The notes: generated by a model from the letters alone, not told the origin. Positions 38,480 through 52,249 are shown, counted from the first letter of the stretch. The stretch is 64,000 bases of DNA from Azolla caroliniana (GCA_043228905.1 JBHGNT010000001.1:3534001-3598000); one strand, 5' to 3'. Made by a program: numbers and translations.

Positions 38480-39561
38480 TGGATATTAATAACCACTTCA
38501 TTGAATTTCATCAAGACACAACATTCCCCAACAAAACTAATAAATATAGGGTCTAAGATTGCAATATCAACGCGGTTACCTCTTCTCCACACAAAGAGTG
38601 GATATTGTAAATGAGCCCCATGACATCATCGCAACAACAAAAATATGTACATGTAACAAAATATCCCTTGCTTGCAATACAATTTATTAGTAAAACAAAT
38701 TCAACTGATGAATGTTGGGTTCAATAGCAAATTGGCATATTTGATCATCATAATTAATTGAATTTGTTAGTTTGGAAACCCTAAAATGTTCCCATTGCCA
38801 ATTTATAAAAAAACACATATCCTAAATATTCCAAGCTCTAAAAATATGTTGTTTACGCCATCTTATTAGTACATGTGTTAAAGCATACCATCGGGAGAGT
38901 TTGCTTTAATAGCTAATACATACATGATGCAATCAAATAATATACTTACATAAACGCATAAATTGATAGCCAAGCATTTTCACATAATTACTCATTTCGT
39001 GTGAATGTGAACATAGATGAAATAAATCTTCATTTTTCATATTCTTGAAACATAGTTATATTTAAGGAAATAATTTTAGTTTGGTTCTTGTAGGAAAAGC
39101 ATTCCTCTTGCATATATTTGAATAGTTTTGTATCTTAGAACATTTGAAAGTTGTTAAAGAAATCTCACGTTTACGGTTGTCTACAATTTGCAAAAATCCC
39201 TCCAAAGATTCTTTGGCTTTATTTTGAGCATAATTTCTATTGGGGGTTTGCCATTTTGAGATTCCCCTCTAATAATTTATTCATTGGTAAATAATTATAC
39301 CAAAGACATTCATCGTATTTTAACTTAAAAAACATTCTTGGAGATAAAACAAGTAAGAGCTTTTGACCTATAGAAAATCGAGAAAGAGAAGCAAGTATAT
39401 TCCTTGAAACATAGTACCATGATCAAAGAGATTTATGAGAAAGCATTTTAGGTTCAAAAGAGACACCATGACATTCATCATTCTTGGAGGAACCCATAAG
39501 ATGCAATAAATTGAGGATCTAATTATTTCTTGCATCATATCTTTGTAAATTGCATATAGGA

Positions 39562-40008
39562 ATGGAAAGCCAAGAGCAAATTACGGAGCATCGTGGTGTC
39601 AATGCTCCAACTTCAACTATGAGTTCATGGCAATACATAAGGGAACGACTTTCTATGGCTCCGATTTCACCAATTAGTTCGTGGCAATACATATGGGAGA
39701 AGCTTTCTATGGTCCCCACTTCAAATATGAGTTCGTGGCTACACATAAGGGAGAGACTTTCTACAATATTCTCTTTAATATGGATAAAGCAACAAGGTGG
39801 GCGTATGGATGCAAAAGATTTGCAAGAAAAAATGAAGGGACTTCGGAACGTTCTACAAGGGTTGCAAAGCATAGAAAAAAACATATTGGATACTGCCCAA
39901 TTAGAGACATCAAATATCCTTGATGTCATTATTGATGATATTCAAAGCCTCCAAAATGCATGTTCCCTTATCTTCTCCAAAATGGCTAACAATGTTTCCT
40001 CTACTTAA
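39562..40008 (+). CDS. Putative orphan 18-aa-repeat protein (duplicate of 22904-23350)
   Basis: Identical translation in the ORF track. Confidence 0.4.
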   Translation: MESQEQITEHRGVNAPTSTMSSWQYIRERLSMAPISPISSWQYIWEKLSMVPTSNMSSWLHIRERLSTIFSLIWIKQQGGRMDAKDLQEKMKGLRNVLQGLQSIEKNILDTAQLETSNILDVIIDDIQSLQNACSLIFSKMANNVSST

Positions 40009-42197
40009 TGTCTTTCTGCCTCTCAAACTATTACTAAACTTCTTTGAATGTAACACCATAAACACATTATTTCAATATTTTTAATGGATATAATAGATAT
40101 ATGTTTAAGATTGTTAAGTTGAAACACTAATCACATACACCACCTTTACCATCACTCTCTCTAAATGTTTTGAACTCGGTTCTCTGCTTGGTCCTTTTCT
40201 TCTTGGAATTAAATTCATGCTAGAATGATGGGAATCACGTATGTTTGAACTCTTGTTTCTTGATAGGATTCACAAACTAATTTATTTCAACAAACTTATT
40301 TTATTTTAATAAAGCATTCAATACTTCCATTTTCAATAAAAGATAATTAGTCTTAGTTGGATATTTGAATAGATCAATCCAAAATGTGTCTCAACAAATA
40401 AAGCAGAATCCTATTCATTGTGTGAAGGAAAGTTGGTCGATGTTTATTTCAATTTTAAAAGGTCAATATGACTCCTTCATTGGTAATGAAGATATTGTCT
40501 TTTTGAAACAACAATCCTTTAAAGGCAAGTGGAAGGATTTGTTCGTCTTTGTGGAGAGAAATGACAAAATGGTTTGGCAAGATGTACCTCCTCGATGGTT
40601 GTTTCCTCCATAGTACGTAAAATTTGTGTTCGTCTAGCATAACATTCGTTTTCCTACTTGGAAAACGAATGCGAATGTTATTCAAACATTCTTGTGTTTT
40701 TTTTTTGTTTTTCCCCCATTTTTTTTATGTTTTTTTTCCCATTTTTTAGGCTTATTTACCTCATAATAAATTGTTAATCCAAAAGTATGGTATTTATCAT
40801 TCTTTGAGGGTGTTTTTCTTATGTGAATTACTGAAACATTCGCGAAGCACGTATGGTACATATGGTTCATACTATGGTAAACTTTCCTCCATAGATGGAG
40901 TTTGGTTTCACTTATGACTGAGTGACGGATATACCTTTTCTTTGCTATCTTACCCTCCACTAGATTGTATCATTATATGTTTTGTATGTGCTTATTGGAT
41001 TGGTAATGGGAACTATAGTGTAGTTTTGTTTAAAATAAAAAGAGAAAAAAAGATCAGTGGTCTTAGATTTGTAACCATTTGGATTATTCAAGGAAAACCA
41101 TTTAACTACACAAACCTTTGTTTACAATAATTTACAGGGAAAGACTTCACAATCCCTCGTAGTTTTGCAATATATCCCCAAATGCCATTGGCTCGTCCAT
41201 CAAGCAAGACATGCTCCCCTCCCCTTTGTGATGTATTCCTCTGGCTTTTAAATGAGATATGTATATGTGATTGCTCACGTCTCCTCGTGCATAATGTGGT
41301 ATAAATGATGATTCCAATTTCCATGTGCTTGTATACAATTAAGCTTTGGTTTACATCCTTATTAAGAAACAAATCAAAATGAAAACTTTAGCATTTTTGT
41401 AGTGTATGCCACTCTTGGATATAAAAATCTAAAACACTAGGTGAAAAAAAAAACTTGTATACGTGAAAGCTTTGATGATATGGCTTTGAGTAACACTGCA
41501 AATTCATAATCAATAAGTTAGTTTCAGTTCTCATATTTGATGCAATGCTCTCACATCGTGCTTAACATGCGATGTTGTCTTAAGATACATCGACACTAAT
41601 ATGACTATCATATTGTCATCAATTGGTAATGTGACCTTGAAATGTATAAACTTGCTTTGCACGTCGATGAAAAGGATATGGTTGTCACGTCATAATCTAA
41701 GGCATGAACGACAAAAGGAAGTTGCATTCATTTAGGTGTCTCAATTGAGCAAGTGAATCCGTGTAAGGAAACCATAAACGATGGTTGAAGAGGTAAGATT
41801 GGTTGGCTCACATGCATTGAACCTCATAAACTCCCTTTCACATGTCAACGGAAGACCACAAAGACAAAATCTAACCCAAAGCAAGCCAAAACAACAAAGG
41901 GCAGCCAATCCATGGCACACATGTAAGCAAATGATACGATAACGAATCATCAGTGATTGACAGGCAAAAACCATGTCGGGCAGTGGAGGCCAAGCCATAG
42001 ACGATACAAATGATCGGTCACACAAACTTCCAACTGAAATGGGAATGTGCATGTTCACACTTGGGCCGGCCGGGCGAAGTGTGTCAGTGTGACCAGACGA
42101 ACCCAATGGTTGGTTCTACCGTCCCATTATTTGATTTTACCTTCTGCTGCACACACTTTCTCCTTTTCTTCTTCGTCTGCTGCTTTTCTCCTGTGGG

Positions 42198-42226
42198 GTT
42201 TTTAGGGTTGGGCTTAGGGTTAGGCC
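42198..42226 (+). promoter_or_regulatory. Telo-box-like plus site II elements upstream of the G-patch gene
   Basis: tttttagggttgggcttagggttaggc holds two TTAGGGTT and one TGGGCT within 50 nt of the ATG. The telo-box/site II pair is typical of plant ribosome-biogenesis genes. Confidence 0.55.
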
Positions 42227-42244
42227 TATTCTTCTTCGTCGAAG

Positions 42245-45200
42245 ATGGCCGCGCCCGAAGCCCCTCTCTATTACCAGGGCGTGTCTCGAACCTCTCCCGC
42301 GTTTCGCCTTCTCAAGCAAATGGCAAGTCTTTCTTTCTTCCTCTGCTTCTTCGTCTCATATTCGAATTTCAGATAAATTTTATTCATTTATCCTGCGTGA
42401 ATAATCGTTATTTTGTACTGGTACGATGCTAATACAATGGTGAGTCTCTCTTCTTCTCTCCATTTCCTTACTTCAGAAGCATTTCTTGATTTTTGCTACG
42501 ACCAAAGAAGTATTATAAACTACGAGAATTCAGATCCATTTTGATGATGCTTTTCATCCGTAGCTCTTTAAGAAAAAACTTCATGATACGACCTCTAAAT
42601 TAGAAGCAAACTGCAAAATGACAGTTTTTGATGTTCAAAGTCTTTAGTTTGTGATCTCTGAATTATAATAAAAATGAAAATGGAGTTTTGTAGCAATCAT
42701 ACAAAGAATTGACTATGTGATCTTTATATTTGGAGCAATATGCAAAATTACGGTTCTAGTCATACAAATCTTGTTCGATGAACACGTCACTTTTTAGCAG
42801 CTTTTAAATCTTAATGTGTGTCCATGTCTGGGAAAGGAGCCTAATTTACCACAATGCAGCCTGAATTATATATTTGCTGTATTTGGTCTGAAGTCCAGCA
42901 CAATTTTCTTAAATGCACTATATATATTTGGTCTGAAGCTCACATTTTTTCATGCATCAAAAGGAGTAGCTGATTAGAAGGTAACGTTGTTTCATGCATG
43001 AAAACGAGTAGATGATTGATGAAGAAAAGTTTCATTAACGCACCTGGTGGAATATAAGGAAAAATGTAGCCAAATTTCTCAGAAATGTTCATTGTCCTTG
43101 AAAGAAACAGCCTGAGAGAACTATGGACACTTGTAATTACTCATCTCATCCATTCTATGCATTAAGCAATAAATCCATACTCCTTGTTTGTACTTCCTTG
43201 GTAGTATTGATTGCACGGATATTTTTCTTAGCTATGTATGCACATTTATTATCTGGTTAACTGTTGAATTATTATTATTTATCTGTAAGCTTAGACCGTT
43301 CTCGCTTATTTAGGGATATAGTTATGAATTGAAGCCTTAACAATTGAGTCAAGCAGTTTTATTCACACGTTGTGTTCATATCAGGACTGTAGGTGTGTCA
43401 TAATCGCCAAATTTCGTTCTCTGCAATTATAGAATTATCCAATCTTCTTAAGGTAAATGTATTCTTATAGTAAATTCACAACATGCAGGGTTGGCAAGAA
43501 GGAGAAGGATTAGGAAAGGAAAAACAAGGTATCACCCAACATGTCAGAGTCAGCAAGAAATCTGACAATTCAGGTATTATTTGAACTTTTCACATACCCA
43601 ATGTGGTTATCAAATTATGATATTTATGGAGCAAATGCTAGTTAACTTTACAAATTGCTGTAATACTATGGTTGGATAGTGGGGTTCAATTTGAACATAC
43701 AACACATAGATGTGTAGCTAGCAGTTAATTGCATATAAATGCTGAGGTTTCTTTCGCATGTATACACATCTATTAATCTCAAAAAAGGTTAAATGTGTGT
43801 GTTGTGTGGTAAATCATAGCTTGCAAACTGCTTAGGATCCTACATCATGCCCTCCTAGTTCAAAGGGTTAGAGATTGTTCTAATCGATGAGCATGTTGCT
43901 CTATTATTTATGATTCCCCAAGCTCCTTATGTTTGAAGCATGTACAAACTACAGAAAGCGTATCACCATATCTTTTACTAGCTATTTCCTTATTCAGTAC
44001 TTTTTTTGTGTTTGCATATTGTGCTCTTTCTTTAGGTTTTAATGTTTAATATAACTTTGAATTGTGCACTTTCTAAACAATTGTCAAAATGGCAGGTGTA
44101 GGAATAGATGCACAGCAAAAAGCTGCAACTAACTGGACATTTAATACTTCTACCTTTGACAATATACTTAAAAATTTGAAAGTGGTGAGTACATAGTTAA
44201 CTGTAGCTTTTTTATATAAGGAGTTACATCAATGTCTAATGAGATGCTTTACTTCTACATGTCAGATAGCTGCAGGAGATGCAAATGAAGAAGGTATGCA
44301 TACTTAATAATCAAGCATTCTCCATGAGGGTTGTTTCTTGTTTCCTTACATGAAATAGTATTATGCTTGTTGAATGTTAGATAATAAGCAAGCTGCATCA
44401 GCTGAAAGTAATGGAATGCAAGAAAAGACAGCACATCCTAAAAAGATCACCCGACCACAAGGAAGGTCAACTCATTAAGTTTGTATAATTTGTGACACTT
44501 TCATACCATACATCAGATTTATAGGTCTTCATTTAGAAGAGCGTGTACAAGAAAGCTGGGTTAACTTATGCTAATTGGGCTTGCACAGAGGCATGCATAC
44601 ATATACATATGCTACACATACTCGTGATCCTTTTCTTTCCTGTATTTCCTTTTATGTTTTGTTCTTTTTAAGATTCTTCATTAGTTCTTATATTCATATT
44701 ATCCATGGCATAAACTCCATCTGCAGGTACAAGAACAGGGAGGCTGGAAAAATCTTACAAGGAAAGTCACAAAATGACTTGGATGCTATATTGGTCAGTT
44801 ATATTTTGGAAATCTTGCTATATTCACATGGCTTTAAATTCTTTAGTATTGTCAGTTGTCATGAACAACCATTTTTAATGTCTTTCTCAATTTACCTAGG
44901 GTTATAGAAATGATGCCAAGGAAGTTCTACCTGTGATAGAAGTTGCAACTAGGAGTAATGGAAAACAGATATCAAGAAGTGCAGAATCCTCTCAAATCCA
45001 AAAACAAGGTGGGTGCTTATTAAATTAAGTTTCCTTCTCGTGATTGGAAGGATATGGTGCCATATCTCATCTTTTTCCGGTTACTGTCTGTTAATGATTA
45101 TAATGTAGTAAGAACACTGCATTTACACTGCTTATGCCATATACATAATCAAAATGTTAGTTTCCCATGTGGGCCATTTCCCACATTGTGAATGATGTCA

Positions 45201-47126
45201 GAGTTAGTTGTCCCCATCATATGTGGGCTAATGTTAATCAAAATTTTGATCATTCTTATAATATGATGAAACACTTCTTGGTTTCTTAGGATTGTGAAGA
45301 TTTTGCTTCTTCCCTTGTCCAAATTCCAAATTTCCAGTCATGTTTTTTTGGATATTTAGTTATTCCATAATCCTGAGTTCTGTTGGGGACAATTTTTCTT
45401 GTCCGATTTTCATTGTCTAAGTTTTGGGCCATTCGTTTGATTTGATTAAAGCAAGCTGATGTTAGTTTTAATAGATAAATATTCTGTCTGTGTAATTGGC
45501 AATAACGCCAGTAATTACTTTAGATTAGGCTTCCACAATTATATAAAAGCTAGTTTTTAATTTTACGTATAAGAAAATTTAGGGCTACTTTCTAATTTTG
45601 GAAATGCATTTATGGCTCGTAGTTGAATGATAGTGGTTTTAAGACCAGTAATGCTGAATGGCTACTGTCTAACCTGTCATTGTATTCTGTAAATTTCTAT
45701 AACGGAAGCTGATTTTAATAAGTCCAATGGTTTCTTTCAGAGCTTACTTATTGCTCTGTAGCTCAAGATTGTACTGTGGAAGTTGAACAGTCAGTTGACG
45801 TAATGATGGTAAACATGCCAACTGATTGGTGGGGACTGAAGCATGGCTTTGTTCGTGCTGGAGCTTTAGGACAATCCTATTGCTTAAAGGTGCAGAAAGA
45901 GTCAAGTCAAGATGTAGAAATCGTGCAGTCAAATGGCCGGGCATCATTTTGCGAGCAAGATCAAGAGAATCTGTACAAACTTGTTCAGGTTATTGAAAGT
46001 AGAATTGAAATAATTTTATGGTTTTGAAAAAATTCCATCGATTTTTGTTAGTTATGACTGTTAAGTTAGACTAGGATATTGATGTATTTCTTAGAATAAT
46101 TTGTACCATAATTGCACCTGACCGTCAGCTAGGATTGATGGTACATCTTCCAGGACAAGGCTACAAAAGGTCGTCAAGGTCTTGGTATTGCTGATCGTCC
46201 AAAGAAAATTGGCGGTGCACATTGGAAAGGGCAAAAAGTGTTACTAGATAGTGATGACGAGGAGGAAGAAGATTCGGAGAGCAAAGATTTTCATGGTGCC
46301 CCTGTTAATATTAGTAATGTTGCAACTCAAAGTATAATTGACAATCAGAATGGCTGTATGCTAAGTACTGAGGGCAAGCGGAAGGCGACAGAAACTAGTT
46401 CTGCATATGGCAGGAGGAAGTCTAAAAAGTTGAAGGAGGAAGACAAGGCAAACTGGAAAAAAATATGCAAACAGCTTATTCGAGAGGTAAAGAGAAATTT
46501 AGATGCTTCTTACTCGAAGAAAATAGATTTTAGTGATTGACTGTGATATGCTACATTGCAGCTCCCTGATCAGACAATTAGTATCAAACGTCTTCATAAA
46601 GTGATTGTAGAGAAGAGTAACCTTTATGTTGGCTTGGATGCTGATGACCATGAAGCGATGATTGATTTACTGAAGCAAAAGGTATGCCTGTACTGTAGAA
46701 AGGGGATTAATTGACTACAGAGTAATTCTATGCTGAATAATGGTATGATAGTTAAGAGTCCTGGGAATTTACTGCAGTATTGCGTCAATTATGACAATTG
46801 CCAAGGCTACCTTTGCTTATTATGAAAATTTTGTATTTAAAACTCTTTAGTTGTGATGCCTATGTTCACATTTCAGATTATTAAAGGATTAAATTTGAGT
46901 CCAAAACCAAGAAATGCAAGCTCCTTGGTTACAACTCACAATTTAAAGCTTACAGTTTATCGGATCTAGAATCAAAGTCCCTACTCATATTATCCTCGGT
47001 TAAATGATTGAGAAAACATTTCCTTCTTATTAAAACTAACTACTTTTATTTTCTTTTCTGCAGTTGAATAAGAGCTCAAAGTTTATTCTCGAGGGAAAGA
47101 GGGTTTCATTTGCTAGTGCCTCATAG
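42245..47126 (+). CDS. GDP1: G-patch domain protein, GDP1 (At1g63980)-like nucleolar factor, ~11 exons
   Basis: MAAPEAPLYYQGVSRTSPAFRLLKQM|GWQEGEGLGKEKQGI..., NWTFNTSTFDNILKNLKV, DWWGLKHGFV, FCEQDQENLYKLVQ|DKATKGRQGLG, NWKKICKQL. Approximate exons: 42245-42322, 43489-43573, 44096-44184, 44266-44293, 44381-44465, 44727-44793, 44900-45008, ~45761-45988, 46154-46486, 46562-46681, 47064-47126 (TAG). Confidence 0.88.
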
Positions 47127-48592
47127 TATCATAGTGGATGGATAAATTTTCAAAAAATTATCATTTGTATTTTCTGGTAATCATGAATATATAGGGGTGT
47201 TTTGTGTACTTTTGAACCAGTGACAGTGGCTATATTTTTTCCCCCGAGTCAGAGGCTACATTTTTCCCCCAATGATGAGTCATTTATATATATTTTTGTT
47301 CCTTATTCAAAGATTGTATTATTATAATCACCACCCATTTGGAATTCAATGTTGATTTTGCGTTAAACAATTTGAGATGCATGCAACTGGTGTCCTATTA
47401 GAATTAGAATTAGAATTTTTATCATCCATAAAGAGGCCAATTTTGACCTATTGATGTATGACGAGACGGAATAAATGTTTTTGCAAGATTCAGACGCATC
47501 TTTGGATTGGTGACCTCTTTACGCATTATTGCAAGGTCGTTTTTCTATTTCCCTCTTCTGTTGTGGCATTTTAACTACAGTTAACAGTCCTAGTCTTGTG
47601 CTTCTGGTTGTGCAAATCTGTGATATAATTCAAATTATGAATATTAATTTTGAATCTGTGGTATAATGTGTTCAGTGAAGAGGTGATAGGAATTCAAATT
47701 ATGAATGGTAATTTTGAAATTGTCTTTCTGTTTGGTCCAACCAATGTAATGTAATAGGGTGTAAAAGGTCACACGATTTTGTAACATGATGTAAACTCCA
47801 AATTTGTTTCGTGGAATTTTGGAATGAGCACTCACAATTAAGTTTTTATTAAATTGAAGATACGAATGGAAAACGAAGCTATGATATAATATATTCACAA
47901 TCAGAGTTGGACAGGGGAAATAATTTGTTAATAGGTCTTTTCAAGTAAACATATGAATGGAGAATGGGCTATGAGTCATGACCGTTCTCCATTCATCTCC
48001 TCATAACTTCCACTGAATATCTAAAGTTTTAGAGAGTAGTGTGTTAGTTAAGTGTATAACATGGTTAATATCATACCAATCCATGCAAATGCAGGCACAT
48101 GAGGCTAAATCAGATGATTTTCACAAACATGTGCTCCTCTTTCAAGTCAACTACCACATTGGTATCTATAAGCCAATTTTGTTTGTGCAAGGCTTATAAT
48201 GGTCCTCGTTGCCCTTGAAAAACAATTTCTACCCAATTTCTATCTTAAGCTTCATTTGAGTCTTTGCCCATATTGTTGAAATTCTTTCTTCACATCCACG
48301 CCATTCAAGTTCTCCACAAATTTAAACACAGCCTAAACATTCACTATATAAAACATTGAAGTATAGACTTTTAAGCATCTGAATTTGAAAATGGCATTGT
48401 TTGTATGGGAGACTCAGTACAATGCCATGCACTTGTTAGAGTCAACCCCCCCTTGGACTAAACTCTTGTAAAATATGTGATCTAACAAAAATTTGTGCTT
48501 CCAAGGAATCTCTTCCACTACACACTTGTACAATGATATTGCATTTCAACGTTTACTTGAATGGAATAGGGAGGTATCTCAACCAAACAGCT

Positions 48593-51366
48593 TCACACAA
48601 CAATCACTATATCTTCTACACGAAGCGAAGCTCCCATAGCTGATGATCCTGAAAGAGGAAGACCCCATTTAGCAATTCCGAAACATGTAATTCATAAATT
48701 TATATAACGGTGGTTGTATTTCACAAGGAAGCTGTCCTACCTTTTCGAGAGTCTTGTGCAGCCAAAGCTGCTAATTCCATCACAATCATAGCAGCCTCTG
48801 CTTCTGCTTCCGCATCTTCGGCCTCCTTTGCAGCACTCTCAGCTGCTGCCGCTGCTGCTTCAGCTTCTGCAATAGCTAATGCAGCAGCTCGGGCAGCCTC
48901 TTGAGATGCCAATTTTGTGTAACCAATATCATACCTTCCTTTTTTTCTCAATGTTTCCAATGAATGTGGTTCATGCATAAGCTTTCTTTTTGTAAAGTCC
49001 AAATTATCGCTCTTCGTTAGTCCTTTCCTATCACAGCGCGTTTGCACTAATGCACCTTTTGGATCTGATGGGTTCACTCTATAATTCTGTTTTATCTGTG
49101 CATTCAATAATGACGTAAGCCAATCAAGTTGTTCCTGCAATTATCTTTGAAATGCAAATGAAAAACTGTATATACAAAATATGGATCCTCATGCATCATA
49201 TATAAAACTATTTTCATCAGTAAAGGCATGGAGTCTCACTTCCCATAACAATAGCAATCAAGTTTCATCTTGTAAGGTAATCACCAATTTGTGGCATTTT
49301 ATCCCTTCAAACGTTTTACCTAAATATGTTTCCTTACATACACATCATCTAGCCACTCAGAAATTAGCATATCCCTCACCACTGATTTTTATTTTGTTTT
49401 TACGAAAACTATTGGAATGTTTTGTATGTTTGGACATTCAAAAAGTCACAAGTTTCTTAAATGCTTACATTGCTACACATTTTAGATAAACTTTTTGACT
49501 ATGATGATATAGCTTTCCTCTCTCAAAGATCTCACTCACATAGTTGCTGTTCAGGTGCACAGCAGAGTAGCCCAAAGGATCTGACCTTCCAAACAAGTGA
49601 ATACAGAAATCAAAGAAAGAAACTTCACCTTTAGGAGATTGCCTTGGCTGACCATGTCCCTAAGCTTTGAGCTGAGTAGCCTTCTGAAGTTTGAAGGCAC
49701 TGGATGATGAGCCTGAGAAAAGTAAAAATTTAGACTTTGCAGAAAGAAAATTCACAGTGCAGAAAGTATATCCATCATGAAGTAATGACCTCAACAAAGG
49801 ATGCAATCTCTGTTGTACTGCAGCCATTGTATTCATTCATGTCAATAATTGAATTAATGATTATATCCGTGTACCTATATGGTAATCAGCAGAAAACAAG
49901 TTAGAATGCAAATAGAATGGTGATTTAAGAATATACAAAGAGAGCCATGTAATACATTCAATCACTCATACATTGAATCATATGTACTCCAACAATTAAT
50001 AAGCATTCCCAATTTCAGCTTATAGAAACTTCAGGTGTATTCTCGAGTTTTCGCATGATATCTTCCAGCTTATACTGAAAACTTATGATAAAAAGACATC
50101 CGGAAGAATCTAGATTTTCATCCACATCCATATATATGCATACATGAAAGGAGTTCAGAATTTATCCCTTGGAGCATATAATGTCAGATCAGGTGGGATC
50201 AGATACCCCTTCCATGCTCTTTTGGATGCACCAATGCCCTCCATGTTTTGATTTCATAAATGTATAGATCTCACAGTTGGCCTCACTCTGATATTCAGCC
50301 AAATAAAACCCTTTCTTACTACGACTTGAGCACTCAACTTCATACTTTGGACCCTGGATGATTGTTGAACACCCCTCAAAAAGCATGGAATAGAAAACTA
50401 AAACGCAATGAACTAAATGATTTTGAACGTATATTTCATTCTGAGATGTCTCTTTCATCAAAATGTACAGTATCATATGTTGAGTGTCTAATATGTTCTT
50501 TGCAGAGAGCATTCTAAGCTATAAAGCATTTAAAATTTCCTTCTAGCTATTGATAATTTCACTTAATGATATCAGATAAGAAAAACTCAAAGATCCAGAT
50601 ACAATAAGAATATTTTAGAAAATCTTACCGGTTGTCGAGACACTTTTTATCATGCATGCTATCTGAAGTGATAAGCATATCAGAATTGCTCCGGGATTCT
50701 TCTCCCGAAGCATCTCCAGACAGAGATGCTCCATCATCTGGGACCCTTGGAAGACCAAGTTTGAATCCCTTGGGTTGCTTCTCTCTTGATGATGGCCCAA
50801 TTATTCCAACATTCATATTTCTCCATTTATCCTGCCAAAAGAAATAACAAGCAATGTATCATTAATTATGCACACGGACTATTGTGAAATGTTCAAGGTT
50901 TGCAAAACCATCACTTCAAGAGGTTGCAGAAATTGTAATAAAATGTTAATAATGTATAGATAATTATGAATAAGTTGCATGTGACATATAGCTTTAGCTT
51001 CCAATTTAAGGTCAAGGGATCCGTTTCACACATACATCTAAACTTTTGTTCCAAAAATGTTGATACATAATCATTTCCTTACTATAAAAAAAACTACTCT
51101 TTTCTTTATACTTATTTCATCCCTTCTTTCCTCTACAAAGATGCCGAGGGCATTGTGTAAAGCAAGAACTCTATTTCGAAACTTAAATGAACTAAGAAAG
51201 AGAAATGGATCGTTACCTTCAGGTCTACATTTGACCGTGTTGCTAGAACAATGGAGAATTCAGGATCTTTCTGTATAGTTCTCCACTTCCCTGCACCATG
51301 CTTCTCAATTCCTGCTCTCAATGCTAGTTCCTCTTCAGGTGTCCATTTCTGCTTCGGATTACCCAT
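48593..51366 (-). CDS. TRB: Telomere repeat-binding factor / single-myb histone protein (TRB4/TRB5-like)
   Basis: Myb domain [44 protein letters not shown]|DKWRNM, H1/H5 globular domain ([13 protein letters not shown]), Ala-rich coiled coil. Exons 51366-51217, 50831-50629, 49874-49790, 49712-49629, 49095-48741, probably 48648-48593; without the last splice it stops at 48721. Confidence 0.93.
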
Positions 51367-51463
51367 TCCCGCAAGCTTAGGGCAAGCAAATATGGCCAAA
51401 AAACGCTGGTCGACTACTAAAACTTTGTCATTCTCATAAAGTTTCAATAAAAGTGATGGAGTG

Positions 51464-51860
51464 AAAACCCTAAGCAAACCTTAGACCAGAAAAATTCTTG
51501 AACTTGAAAAATATTGCAATTAGAGACACCCTAGAATTGGAAAAACTATTGAGAAAACCCAGGAAACCCTAGAAAAATTCAATCGCTGAAGCAACCAGGA
51601 ATTAGAGAAACTCTAGAACTAGAAATACCCTAGAGCTCCAAAATGCCCTAGAACTAGTTAAATCTTAAGACAACCCTAAAAATCTTCCTTCAGCTTGAAA
51701 AGCCCTAGAAATTGAGAAATCCAAAAACAAGTAAACCCCTATGAACTAAACAAAATCTCTCGTACTTGAATAACCCCTGTAGCCCCTACAGCCAGAAAAA
51801 AGAAAAGAAAAGAAAAACCTAGAAAAATCTCTTGAACTGAAAAACCCTAGCTAAACCTAA
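51464..51860 (+). promoter_or_regulatory. Degenerate telo-box (AAACCCTA-like) array upstream of the TRB ATG
   Basis: Perfect AAACCCTA at 51465, 51564 and 51842, AACCCTAAA at 51672, and about ten further one- or two-mismatch variants. Confidence 0.6.
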
Positions 51861-52249
51861 TTGCGCATGGAATGAGTCTTGTAAGTGCCCAATTCAACTC
51901 TTTTACACTAGACAGGGAACTAGAGTCTACGACAGAATATGTGAAGATGTATATATGCTCCTAGGGTTTTTTGTCCGAGGCTTCAGTGTTGTCGTTTCTC
52001 CACCATATCCATGAGAAGACAAAGCTAAATAAAGCTTTCAAAAGAAACAGCAAACATGAGTGAGTGACTGGGCTGTTAGGGTTTGTCTGAAGGTAATCGG
52101 CAATTCTTTCTCTCAATTTGGTGTTATACTAGGGGGAGGACATGGTCACATACACATGAAATGCACGCCCTTACATCCTGCCATCTCTCTTCACCATCAA
52201 CTAATATATATATATACATATATGGAGATAGCGAGAGGGTGGGGGTGCC

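Larger units (their letters stand above)
35555..44613 (+). repeat. 9,059 bp duplicated segment, copy 2
   Basis: Matches 18897-27955 and continues into the intact G-patch gene. Confidence 0.97.

Noticed and set aside
42245-51366. Functional telomere cluster of a PinX1-like G-patch gene next to TRB
   Set aside because: The protein matches GDP1-type ribosome-biogenesis factors, and adjacency of two housekeeping genes is no evidence of a shared system without conserved synteny.
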